Below are positions 52,048 to 63,851 of a stretch of 63,851 nt of DNA, piece after piece. The stretch is from a virus (lineage: Duplodnaviria; Heunggongvirae; Uroviricota; Caudoviricetes): positions 1 through 63,851 of IMG/VR virus record IMGVR_UViG_3300028805_000039; one strand, written 5' to 3'. The first letter of the stretch is position 1; each line of letters begins with the position of its first letter. The position numbers and the translations under genes are program-made. Below the pieces are notes generated by a model. It saw only the letters and a list, made by a program, of their open reading frames with translations, was not told the origin of the DNA and ran no database searches.

Positions 52048-52076
52048 AGGATAACATATTTTTTTAAAATAGTCAA
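52048..52076 (-). promoter_or_regulatory. sigma70-like promoter (minus strand) TTGACT-N17(A7)-TATCCT upstream of the YcaO gene
   Basis: The reverse complement matches the window-wide promoter architecture. Confidence 0.45.
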
Positions 52077-52087
52077 ATAAAATAATA

Positions 52088-52130
52088 AAAAGCTCATATG
52101 ACGATAATTGTCATATGAGCTTTTTATTAT
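52088..52130. terminator. bidirectional terminator (AAAAAGCTCATATGAC...GTCATATGAGCTTTTT)
   Basis: Perfect 16-bp stem flanked by A-run and T-run at the end of the minus-strand tail module. Confidence 0.7.
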
Positions 52131-52294
52131 TTTATTTTAATCCAAATTCTATTATTAACTTCAATATTATCAGAACCCCAATTTTTATAATTTGGAATTT
52201 CACTAACAATACCAATAATACAATCAGGATACATACAAATTTCTTCTCTAGTCATAATATCAACTGTACCATTCGGAGCAGAACAAACTGCCAT
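52127..52294 (-). CDS. possible small Cys-containing protein at the end of the tail module
   Basis: ATG 52294 in the same frame as the upstream fiber gene, 24 codons after its TAA. Ends in TAA TAA. No clear RBS. Confidence 0.3.
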   Translation of the reverse strand: MAVCSAPNGTVDIMTREEICMYPDCIIGIVSEIPNYKNWGSDNIEVNNRIWIKIK

Positions 52295-52366
52295 ACCAGC
52301 GTGATAATTGTCTCGATCCTAATAAGGATATACTAATACTCGTCCTGCGACAGCCAATGGAGTCTA

Positions 52367-55252
52367 ATTATCTTCCGTATACCCCATAGAATGTCCAAAA
52401 GTATCAGATATAACTTGAGCTCCTGGCTATAAACGCTAAGAAGCACACTATAAAGATCCATTATCACAATCTATTACTACTCGACCAGGTTCTAAATCAA
52501 TTGTTTTTCTATATTCAGCATAATCATTATATACTGCATTAAAAACTTTATTTGCTCTTAAATTTTTACCAAAATAACCATTTCCAGCACATCTAAAAGT
52601 ACTAGTATTATCATCTTTTGGAATAAATGCGGTATGTGTGGTTCCAGTCTAAGATAAAATTAAACTTCCGGTTAATTCATTACTCCAAGAAGGAGTACTT
52701 CCTCCTCGCCAAAATTGTTCAGTTGTTCCATTAGAACGTGGAATATTTGCTGTAATATCAGCGCCTTGAATTTTTAAAGTTTCAAAATCACCATTAAAAG
52801 CAAAAATATTTAACCATTGCTAGCCAGGAGAACCTAAATTATATTTTTTAGTTTGACCTGGAAGTATATCTCCATCCATCTATAATTTTTCTATTATTAC
52901 ATCAGCAAATCTACAAGTGCTATTTAAATTTACTGGCCCATCAACAGTTAATTCTCCACCAACAGTTAATGCCCCATCAACAGTTAATGCCCCATCAATT
53001 TTAACATCTTTTTTCATTAATACGCCTTTACCAGCTATTAAACGTCCGTCTATAAATGTGTTTCCTTTAAGAGTTGCTTGATTGCGTAAAATAGTTTCGC
53101 CTGTGACATCTAAACCAGCTGTAGCGTATATATTTCTAGCTTTAAAATCTACGTAAGTATTATCGCTGGGAATATTACGAGCTTCAAGAACATTATCATT
53201 ATTCCTTAACCCAATAGAATTATCTCCATTAATTAAAGCTAATTGATAAGTACCAAAACGAACTGTATTATTATCATTAGAAATATTCCAAGTTCGTAAT
53301 AACTTATTTCCATTTCCACCATCATACCACAAACCCGCTGTATCAACAGGATTATAAGTATTAATAGATACTTCATTAGTATCTACTGGAAAACCTCTTA
53401 TGCCTAAATAAGTAGCTGAAACTATAGCTCCTCCACTAGCATAAATATTACCATTATTAGTTACAATATTTCCAGAAGCTAAAATATTACCAAGCATATT
53501 TATGCTACCACCTGTAGTAACATTTCCTTTTTTAGTTGCTTGAGTACGAATATAAATATCCTAATTTGAAATATGACCTTCGCCACCGCTAAAGCCTTTA
53601 ATAGGAACTTCATATATCATTTCATTAAGACTAATTCTAAAAGTTCCAGAAGCCTAATGATAATTTTCCTATGTTGTAATTAAATTAGTCTATGAATTGC
53701 GGACACTTTTTAATACAGCAGAATCAAAATTACCTACACTAAAATCTTCGTTATTTCCAAATTCTGTTTTATCCCATTTTATATTAGTGCCTAATTTTAC
53801 ATATTTATAACCATATAAAATTCTATCTCCGGCCTAATTAAGAATTTGTTCTTCTAAATTAGCAATGCGCTATTTCGTCCAACCAATTTGATCTTGTAAA
53901 CGAATAATTTGAGATTGAAAACTATCAGTTCCTTCAACTAATTTACTTTTTAAACGAATTAAATTCTAAGCAATTATATCAGTAATAGTAATTGCAATTT
54001 GCTCCATATTATCATGGAAAGAAGCTAACATTGCTGAATAATTTGGACGTGTCTAATTTCGCCAAATCCAAGTATCGTCATCTACTATTTCATTTAAAAT
54101 ATTTGCTATTCTTTCCAAACCACTTGAATTAAAATTAAATAATTCGCTTTGGCGAGTTAAACGAATTTGTTCAATTTGCTCTTCTGTTAAGGTCTACCCC
54201 TAAAAAGTGTTAATATATTCTGCCTATAAACTATCTAAAAAACTTAAATAATTATAACTTCTAATAAAATCCTAAAATTCTGTAATAAAATTACGTTGTT
54301 CTTCGGTAAAAACATAATTAGTAATTCCATTGTCATTTTCGAAGGCACTATTTTTAATACGCTCTAATTCCAGTAAAATATTAAGTTTTTTACTAGCATC
54401 TAATGTAGTATATCTAAAAGTAATATATTTAAAACTCTTCCCATCTGGTATATTAGTTTCTAATTTAATATCCTAATATTTTAAAGGAATATTTCTAATA
54501 TCTAAAATTGTACTAGTTTTTGTGACACTTTCTTCATTTATTACTAGAACAAAAACATCCTAATTATTAGATAAAGCTATACTAGCTTCAGTATCATTTA
54601 AAGGTGACGATTTATTAATATTCCCATTAATATCTTTTAAATAATAATTTATATCTTTTCTAAGAACAGTATTTTTATCAATTTTTTCATATCTTAAACT
54701 AATTTGTTCATTATAATCAATTAAGTCATCTAATTTATAATTTGGATTTAATAATTTTCCATCAAATTTTGCATTATAATATCTACTAAAAGGGAAATTT
54801 AACAAAGATAAACCAGCAACTAAATAAGCATTTTTACTTTTTAAAAAAGTATCCATTTTCTACTCTAGTTGAGCAATTTGTTCTTCTTTCTCTTTTTGTG
54901 CTTTTTTGTTTTCTTCAAAAGCTTTTTTATATTTTTCATAAGTATAAATTAATTCATTTAATTCAATCTATAACTATGTTAATTCTCTCTAGCGCTAATC
55001 AATTTCTTCTTTAACATTTTTTGCAAAGATAATATTACCTTTTAAAGTACGTTCATCACCATAAGTGATTTTTAAACAAGGAGTATAATCAGTATAATCA
55101 GGCCAAATTTTATCTTTATGGAGAATATCAATATCTTTTTCATCAACATAATCAATATCAATAATTGGATAATTTTTAATATGAGTTAAAAGATTTTGAA
55201 ATGCTTCTTTCTTTAGCACTATATTATCTTCATAACGCTTATCATATAACAT
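52367..55252 (-). CDS. tail fiber / tail spike-like protein, 961 aa, about 40 TAG codons
   Basis: Minus-strand frame continuous from ATG 55252 (AAAGGAG upstream; in-frame TGA just upstream at 55274-55276) through track ORFs 54995-55252, 54560-54856 and 52880-53497 to TAA 52367-52369. Has a coiled-coil segment and beta-repeats (DGALTVDGALTVGGELTVDG). Confidence 0.6.
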
Positions 55253-55383
55253 AAAAAAATCAAAACTCCTTTCTCACTAAATATAAAAATCTTTCTATAT
55301 TAGAATAAAAAAAGAATAAAAATAATTATTCATAATAGGCCAAAAAAATAAAGTGAGTAATAATAAAATTACTCACTTTATTT

Positions 55384-56073
55384 TTAAACATCTAACCAAT
55401 AAACATTAAATTTTTTGTTAAAATCATAAATTTCTTGAATTTTTGACCAAATTCCCACCCCAGTTATCTTCATTTTTGGCTATCCATTTTCATCAATAAC
55501 TGGATTCCCATAAGAATCTAAAATTGGTTCTAATTGTCCATCAGTTAAAATTTCATTTACGGTGAACTAATTATATTTATGGTTAGCACCATTTTTATTA
55601 GCCCATCCAACAGATACCTTTGATTTACAAACTAAAGTATTTAATTCATATAATACTTCACCAGATGCTCTATCAATTTTAAAAAATTTAAAAGAGAATT
55701 GAATTGAGCCTCCATACTTAGTGACAGGACTTTGAATATTCCAACCAAAAATAATCTTTCCAGGATAACTTAATAAATCATAAGCTGGAATAATATACAT
55801 ATACTCTTCATGTTTAGCATTTTTAAACTGAACGGCTCCAATACAGGTTGATAAATCAATATTTTTATAATATCTATCCATAATAAAAAATAATGATTCA
55901 GCCTAATGGTCAGCCTCCACTCCTAAAAAAGGTGGAGGCTCTATAACTCTTGTTTCTAAATCAACTTTATATACTGGTTCTTCCGCCGGTATTCTAATTA
56001 ATATGCTAGGAGGATTATATGAATTAGCCAATGACGCTAAATATTCTTTGTATTCTGCACTACCTGTAATCAT
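55384..56073 (-). CDS. tail/baseplate-associated hypothetical protein, 229 aa, four TAG codons
   Basis: ATG 56073 preceded by TAGGAGGG with an in-frame TAA upstream. Continuous to TAA 55384-55386 and contains track ORF 55567-55881. Confidence 0.55.
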
Positions 56074-56098
56074 ATTATTTCCCTCCTAAAATTATATA

Positions 56099-58915
56099 TT
56101 AGTGAGTAGTAATACCAAAAACATCAGTATAACTGATATGGCAAGTTCCATGATAAAAAGTAGTTACTTTAATACGGTAATATCCAGGGTCATTATTAAT
56201 TTCAAATGTTAGATTACCATTTGTATCCATAACAATTTCACGCAAATCTTCTTCTCCGTAAAACTCATAAGGAACTTGAGTACCAGGAACATGACCATCA
56301 CTATCAGGGATACGAGGAATTACAATATCATTAACAATATCGTATTCAACCTCTTCTACATAATATTTAGTAACAATATCTTCTACTTTGTATTTAGTAT
56401 TATCGATATTTGTATTATTAACGATATTAAAAGTATAACGAGGATGAATTCGATTAATTTCTAAATTCACTAAAACTTTCTATCCATCAACGACAGGTCG
56501 ATCACCATCAACTAAAACTTCTTGATAACCAGCTGTAGGACGATCTTCATCATCACGATCCCAAATAGCACCAGCTATAGTTAATTTTCTATTTTCTGGA
56601 GCAACAAATGAAGTCGTAATAGTTTGAGCCTATTCAGTATCAGAGATACTATATGTTCCATTTCGACGATTAATAATACGAGCTAAATAAGTTCCTTCTC
56701 CTTCTTCTGGAGTGAAAACAAATTTACCATCGACTGGTAAACGATTAAAGGTATAAGGACCTTTTTCAATGTCATCTTTAGTAATTTGAGCTACTTTTCC
56801 TTCAGAATCAGTTTTTATTAATTCAGCTGCAAAAGCTCCTTGGCTATCTTCAATATGCTCAGAAGGAATAGTAACTGTAGCAATTAAAGTTGGCATTTGA
56901 GTATCATCTAAATAAACAAATTCAGGACCATCATAATCTTCTTGTCTAATAATTGTCCCACCATCTGCATCAAACTCATATTCTGATCCAACTTCTAAAC
57001 TAACTTCTGGCTATACAGCAGGAGGGATTGTTAAAACTGAACTTTCTACAACAGCACTATTTCTAGCAGCACTAGTGAAAATATAAAGTTCTTTCCCTTG
57101 TCCAGCAGCAATTGAAGCTAATTCATTGCTAACAGGATTTAATTTATCAATATTACCATTTTCATCTTTCAAGTAATAATTTGTATTAACTTTTAAATTA
57201 CTTGTATCTAATACTTTTTCATAATGATCTCCAACACTGATTCTTGCTTGTGCAGCAACTTGATAATTGCCAGCTGCCAATGCACGATAAGAAGAGCCAC
57301 GAATAGCAAATCTAGGTTTATCACCATCGTTAGTTACAACAGAATTAATATTATCAGTGTTAGCTGATGGGTCAATTCCATCATAATAAATACTAAATTG
57401 AGTATCTTTATAGCCATCTTTTGTTAAAATAATTGTCCTTGGTACAACCTAAAGACTATTAGCTTTTGCCCAAAAGATTATATGCCCGGCTGGTAAACCA
57501 GCTGATGAAGCTTCAATAACATCATTAGCATCTAATGGATAACCATTCCAAGTAACTCCAACAATTGTTTCAAGACCTGTATCAATATCAAGAGCAACCC
57601 ATTTTGCTTCTCCCTGATCGGGATCGGTAGATGCAAAAGTATTTAATTCATCAAGGCTAACCATTTTAACGATATTGCCATGTACATCAACAATAATATT
57701 ATCTTGATTTTCTTGACTTTGTTCTGTTTTTTCTGTATCATTAAAATCTACTGTATTAGTTAATTTTGTTATTCTTAAAGGTAAATAAGAAATAGAATCA
57801 TCTTGTTTATATTCATCTAATTTTGCCTTAGCTTCAGCCCACGTTAATACATGTTCAGTATTAATTTGTCCAGATTCATCTTTAAAGTAATAATGTTCTC
57901 CATTATCTTCTGCCGGTAATTGGACTTCAATATAATCACTAGATAAATTAACTGTATTAAAGTCACGTCCCATTGCTACATTACTATTTAATGGACTTTC
58001 TGTCCATTTATAAGTTACGTCAGCAGTAGCTGGATTTACAATAGCATAAGCAGTTAATAAAGCTCCTTGTTCATATATATTACGTAAATCTTCTTCTGGC
58101 GCAAAATAAGCAACTTTTTCTAATCCCGTATAATTTCCATTTTCATCTTTATCGCCAGATTTCCAAACAGGAGTTCCAACAGGAGAAATAGTATTATCTT
58201 GATAGACACTATTTGTGAAACGATTTAAATAATTATCAATTTCATCATGAATAATAGAAGGATTAGTTAAAGTTAAAGTATCATTAATAACAACAGATGC
58301 TGTTAAAGTATTGAAACTATAATCAATAACATTACTATTAGTAGTATAAAAAGTAACAGAAAAAGTAAGGACCCCACGTCCTTTAGTCATATTTTTATCA
58401 ATAATAAAACCAAAAGTAACTTTTTCTGGATTTAAGTCTGCATTTGGCGCGAAGGCTGGAACAGCTTGTGGTTCATCAAATATAGGAGTTTTTGCCCCTA
58501 TAGGAGTAAAATTCCAGTTAATAGCAACATTAGTATTCAATAAATCCTAACTATCAAAATATCTGTCTATATTTAAAACAATCATTTCAGCATTATGATC
58601 GCCATAAACGCCAATGCCATTTTTCTTTACCCCAGCTGGAACAGAAATAGTACGAGTATTTGCGTCAATTTCAAAAATTTCTTCATCAGCAGGCATAAGA
58701 AGTAAATAGCCACCACGAATACCAGTAATGTTTCCTTCAGAATCCTAACGTTGATTAACTAATAAAGGAATAATATCAGAAGTAAGATTGTTAAAATAAT
58801 CTTCTAAAGAATGAATTCTTAAAGGATTACCTGCTGTTTCTAAAGCTTGATTTATTAATTCAAAAACTGGTGCATAATAAAGTCCAGAATTTTCAGCAGT
58901 TAATTTTGTAATCAT
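56099..58915 (-). CDS. large tail/baseplate structural protein, 938 aa, about 17 TAG codons
   Basis: Minus-strand frame continuous from ATG 58915 (in-frame TAA at 58976-58978 upstream) through track ORFs 57449-58540, 57011-57280, 56630-56896 and 56099-56470 to TAA 56099-56101. Shares a YYLKDxNGNIxK...ASIA motif with the 52367-55252 protein. Confidence 0.6.
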
Positions 58916-58950
58916 AGACTTTTTTCTTCCTTTCTCATATATTTTTAAAG

Positions 58951-58981
58951 TAATAAGAGAGATTTTTTCTCTCTCTTATTA
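58951..58981. repeat. intergenic hairpin (AATAAGAGAG-ATTTTTT-CTCTCTTATT)
   Basis: Perfect inverted repeat between two minus-strand structural genes. Confidence 0.45.
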
Positions 58982-59011
58982 CTTTTATAAAAACTTATAA
59001 TTCAATCAATT

Positions 59012-59215
59012 TTATTTGGCCGGAATTTCTTGCCAATTTGCAACTTCATCTTCAGGAACTTTAATAGAATATACCTATTTTGTCCCATCAGTTAAAACTT
59101 TCCCAGGATCAGCATATAAAGCTATAATACGAACATAATATATATCTTCTAAATGCACTGGAGATTCAATAACTCCATTTGTCCCAAGATATTTATAAAA
59201 AATTTCTTTAGTCAT
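59012..59215 (-). CDS. small hypothetical virion-module protein (one TAG)
   Basis: ATG 59215 with a GGAGGATGG RBS; 67 aa; ends at TAA 59012-59014. Confidence 0.45.
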
Positions 59216-59235
59216 TATTTGCCATCCTCCTTTAT

Positions 59236-62200
59236 TTAATGATGAACAATTGTAAAACGTAATAGAGCTCTACCAGTTGGTCTACACTTCTCGCTTAAAA
59301 TATCTTCTAAATCTGCATCAGCCATTCCGTGATGATCATGATAAGTAATCATAATAGGATCTCTATATGTATCATTAAATCCACCATTCTAACTACTTTC
59401 ATTTAAAATACCATATGTAATATTTGTCCAATCAGCACAATTTAAGGTTGTATTAGAAACACTACCAAATGTAATTCCACCTGGAATAGCGCATCTAGCA
59501 AAAGCACCTTGAGCAATTGATATTATATTTGGTAAATTAATACTCTTTTGTCCTAAGACATGAGCACCTTTCGTTGTATGTGATATAGTTCCCATTGATA
59601 AGAATGCATCAGCTTCAATATTTGTAATATTAGCAAAAAATTTATTCATATCATCCTAAGTAATTCCATTAAATAAATTACGAGTTTGATAAAAACTACG
59701 ATAGAAGACTTTTGTGCCAGCATTTGGTAATTCAAAATATTTTAATTTATCCCAATAAGCGCAAGCATAGCGTCCAACGCCCTCTAAAGTACTTCCATTT
59801 TCCCAGAAAATATGAGTAATTTCAGTAGGACGATTAGTTGCTCGTTCAGAGACTTCTGAAGCTTCATTAAAATAATTAATGATAGTGCCATTTACTTCTT
59901 TTGGAAGTGTGATTTTACCTTTTAATTTATAAGCTGCTGGGGCAAGATTCAATACATTATAAGCTTTACCTCCAGTAGAGAAACGTGTTATTGTATAATA
60001 CTAAGAGTCTCTTAAAACATTATCATATACACTTTCTTCTTCAAAAATGGCGTAATAAGTTAAATTTGATTCTACTCGTTTAATGCTTAAATCTTTTATA
60101 TCTCCATTTGGTTCTTGTGCCCATCCTTTAAAGGCATAAGTCTAAGTTAATGGCAAGGCTGAATCATCTTTATATGGAATGCCATCTGGCTAATTTACTA
60201 TATCTCCATATGGAGTTTGAATTACAATTGGTTCATTATCAATATAAAAAGTAATATCAAAAGGATGAGGTACATATTTAGCAAATAAAGTAATAGTAGT
60301 TTGTTCTGGTGAAAAACTAATATTATCCCAAGTCTCGGTAGTTGTATAATCATTAGTAGATTCATTGTAAATTAAAACAACTTCAGTATTTATATTAACT
60401 AAAGGATCTTCTAAGCACCAGCCTACAAAATCATAATTATTTCTAACAAATAATTCATTTGTAATACTATTAGGATGAGTAATATTTGAACCATATCGAA
60501 TTAAATCAATTTCTTCATCTCTGCCGTCATATCTATAAATATATTTTACAATATTTGATTCTCGAATATATTTAGCATATAATTTTAAATTCGGGAAGAA
60601 TGCTTGAATTTCTTTAATTCCAAGTCCAGTTTCTTCATTAGTTTCATCTATTAAATGTTCTTCATCATTACTAATATACATAACACCGCTTATATTAGGT
60701 TTAGTAATATCTTCAGTATCTTTTGTATTTCTATAATGGTTGTCTGAAACAGATGTTGCATTTTTACAATCTATAATAATTAATTTTAATAAATCAAGAT
60801 TAGAAATTAAAGATTCTTTTTCCTACATCTAAGGAGAATTATCATATACAAATAATTTATTATTTAATTTTAATAAATCCCATTTATCTTGAGAATGATT
60901 TGTATATTCAATAAAATTATTATGATCTGTTAACTCATAAAATGTTTTATTTTCATCATATTCAGTATCTGATTCGATGTTTGAATATGGACTCCAATTA
61001 ACATTATCATAATTAATAGCTAAGAAACTATTTGGTCTAAACTTTTCTCTAATATCAACAGCATTATCTAACAGTATATATGAATCATAACCTAAATTAA
61101 CGTCTGTTAAATTTAAAGTAGCAACTTTTGAAATACGTTTAGAAAGCTCAATTTCAGGGATACTGCCAACAGCTATAGATTTATCCCAATCTGTAAGATT
61201 TTCAATATATAAACCTTTATAAGTATCCAATGGTTTATAGCTATATCCATCTATATTATTCTCTTCCATAATAACTGGATAAGATGTTAAGATATTATTT
61301 AAATTTTTAGCATGGACAATATTTACAGAAGTTACAGACTAAGGCAAATGGACTGTATCTAAAGGAGAACCATCAGCAAAAATAACAGAAGGAATAGCTG
61401 TATTTAGAGCTCTAAATTCTCTTAATTTTTCTGAACCAGAAACATCTTGTCCTTCTGATAATGCTACGAGTCCAGTTAATACAATCTTCTATAGCAAACC
61501 TTTCTTATTTGTACCAGTAGCTCTATCATTTAAATCAAAAGTACCAGATTCTTTTCCGATAATACCATTTTTATAGCCTGGGGCATCACTTCCAATTAAT
61601 AACTAAGTTAATCGTTTACCTGTGTTAAGCTTAAAGTGAGATGGATATTTAAGACTCAAATCTCCTAAATCAGAAATATAATCTCCACCAGGAATATATG
61701 TTAATTGCTCATTATAAGGATGAATAGATTTATACCCATTTAAAACAGATGGTGTAGTATGAGTTGTAACAGCATTAATTCCATCAAATTTTATAGTAGG
61801 TGTTAAAGGATCTTCATCATAAAAAACAGTAACATATTGCGCTAAAAATGGAGTAATTTCAAATTCTGGAACAGCATCATAAAACTTTTTAGGATAATGA
61901 ACTCTTTCATATCCAGCTACATCATTCGCTACTTTAGTTTTATCTAAATATGTATCTGAAGTAGAAATATCATTAGCATTAGCACGAATCATAATTTCTG
62001 TTTTATAACCAGAAGATGTTGAATCATAAGCTCCTGCTAACCACCAAGAATCAAGATAATTTAATCTATTACGAATAAATAATTCTCTTGATAATTTTCT
62101 ATCTCCCTAACAAGTATAAACATATGAAGCATCTGTTGTTTTCTATTGTCCATTTTCATAAGACTATACATAAAATCCATATCGACGATCAGTTCCGTTA

Positions 62201-63851
62201 TACCAATTTCCTGTCTATTTACCAGGAGCAATATACTTATACCATTCATCAAGACCTAAAGCAATAACCGGACGAACACCACGCATAGCATAAGAATTGG
62301 AGAATACAGATGGGTCACATAAATAAGCTCCTTCAATTGTTGTTTCAGTTAAACGAGAAGATTTACGTAAAGCTCTATATTTTTCTTCAATTTCTTTACG
62401 GAATCCAGCAAAGAAATTAGTCCAAAGAACACTATTAGCAGTAGAAAATGTTCCGTCAATTGATGCATCAGTATCATAATCCCATAATACAGCACCAATA
62501 TTATTTAAACCTAACTATGTATCAATATCATAGAAAATTGGGAACCAGATATAATCTCCGCCAAGACGTTTTGGCCCCCAGGTAGCAATCATCATATTTT
62601 TCCCACGAGAGTCATAGCATAATAATAACTCTGTTAAAATAAAATAAATTAAACAATACTCTAAATCTAAATGAGATGAAAACTCTTTAACAAATTTCTT
62701 TAAACGATAACCAGCACAATCAGTGGTATAAGTAATTAAAGTATCGTCTTTTGAACGAACTGTACCGGTATAATTGTTAGGAGCGAGAGCCTTTGTCATT
62801 ATATTTTCGCCATCTTTTTCATAAACATAAAATTTATTGGCATCTTCTAAAACTACATCAGAAACTTTTACTAATAAGTTACCTTCAATATCGACATAAT
62901 AGGCTACATCAACACCGTCTTCATGAACTGTTTCTACCATATAATAAATAGTATTATCAAAAGTTTGAGGCTCAGCCAATGGGATACCAGTATCTGTAGA
63001 TGGCACAGCAGTCGTATCAGTTGAATCTAACCAATTAAATAATACTTCTAAATTACTAAATTTTTCTCTTACATATTCATTTTTCTTTTGATTAGTAGAT
63101 AAATCTCGTACACTTCCATCGGCCATTTTGATGGCTGTAGTATCATTATATCCTAATTCAGCAGCTGAAGTAACTCCTGTAGCATATTCAAACTGATCAG
63201 CTTCATTATTATATCTTACTTCAAAATGCTTTGCAACTTCTAAACCGCCTTCGGCTGTTGTAGTCGCAAAACCAGTTGTTCTTTCAGTAACGCCAGGATA
63301 TTTAAAAGATGTCCAAGTGCCTTGATTATCCCTTAATTCCCAGCACTCAGCTACATCGGCTATACTTTTTTCTCCATCTACATAAGGATGTATAGTATCT
63401 AATTCAAAACCATAAAATTCATTAGAACTTTTATCTAAGTTTAAATTATAGCGACCTATATATTCATAAGCTAAAAATTCTTGATCTTCATTTAACTATT
63501 TATCAGCTGGTGTAGAGTGTTTATGGAATACTAAGCATGGGAAACCATATACAGATGTTCTATATCCTCTGCCATCATTATCAAATCCAGGATATTGAGA
63601 TAATGGATGATAATTATACATACTATTACCAACAAGATTGGCAAAACCAGTATTGTATGTGCCAGAAGATTCCATATAGTCAATTTTCCATGTAAATTTA
63701 TTAGTACAACAAACTTCATTATCCATATACCACTTTTTAAAAGCGCATCTATTTAAAGCTGCATCTCGTTCCTCTTGAGATGCATTTGTTCCATCTGGAT
63801 TTTTCCCAGTCAACCAAGTATTATAATCATCTTTATATGGGCCATTAGTAT
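59236..63851 (-). CDS. very large structural protein (more than 1538 aa, N-terminus outside window), about 27 TAG codons
   Basis: One minus-strand frame joins track ORFs 63496-63813, 62515-63126, 61603-61992, 60829-61269, 60190-60681, 59656-59952 and 59389-59649. Each is separated only by TAG. The frame runs to TAA 59236-59238 and is still open at the window end. Confidence 0.6.

Noticed and set aside
62061-62252. Minus-strand ORF 62061-62252 (frame 0).
   Set aside because: It is out of frame relative to the continuous frame-1 giant structural gene, which is supported across 4.6 kb. It is likely spurious.
1-63851. CRISPR arrays, integrase/attachment sites and tRNA genes.
   Set aside because: No spaced direct repeats, no tyrosine or serine recombinase motifs and no tRNA cloverleaf candidates were seen. 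The only repeats are coding (fiber repeats) or terminator hairpins.

Overview
This window is an AT-rich phage genome segment (about 64 kb) that reads the TAG (amber) codon as glutamine (translation table 15). Many genes therefore appear as chains of broken ORFs in the standard six-frame track; when TAG is read as Gln they join into long, motif-complete proteins. Examples are PIN-PhoH, NrdD, DnaE, DnaB, RecJ and tail proteins of 888, 938, 961 and more than 1538 aa. The TAG=Gln assignment is anchored on conserved motifs (PhoH EAQN and TQVD, the PG_binding_1 FQQ-x-GL motif).

Layout:
- 1-8715: TAG-free early block with sigma70-like promoters. It holds small membrane-protein paralogs, a Met/Asn-rich protein plus vWA protein, a PurA/PurZ-like adenylosuccinate synthetase, two calcineurin-type phosphoesterases and a P-loop kinase.
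- 8879-13915: TAG-containing genes, including PIN-PhoH and a lysis cassette (tail-lysozyme-like, amidase-PGBD-SH3, holin-like).
- 14092-22673: TAG-free replication block (RNase H, topoisomerase II GyrB/GyrA-like subunits, NAD-dependent ligase).
- 22730-45511: TAG-containing replication, recombination and nucleotide-metabolism genes. These include wHTH proteins, a GIY-YIG fusion, an SSB-like protein, Sak4-like ATPase, DnaB-like helicase, primase, RecJ-like exonuclease, Dda-like helicase, DnaE, guanylate kinase, NrdD/NrdG, two nucleoside 2-deoxyribosyltransferases and a nucleobase permease.
- 45535-63851: tail module. A plus-strand tail fiber with SYNDL repeats, and on the minus strand two giant tail proteins, two smaller proteins and a partial structural protein longer than 1538 aa.

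The most unusual locus lies next to the tail fibers. It combines a radical SAM/SPASM enzyme, a 248-aa protein with a Cys/Ser/Thr/Gly-rich C-terminal core, and a convergent YcaO-domain protein. This is a RiPP-like (TOMM/ranthipeptide-like) maturation system inside a phage.

Also notable are repeated terminator-promoter cassettes with a rigid TTGAYW-N17(A-tract)-TATAAT promoter architecture. No tRNA genes or CRISPR arrays were seen in this window.
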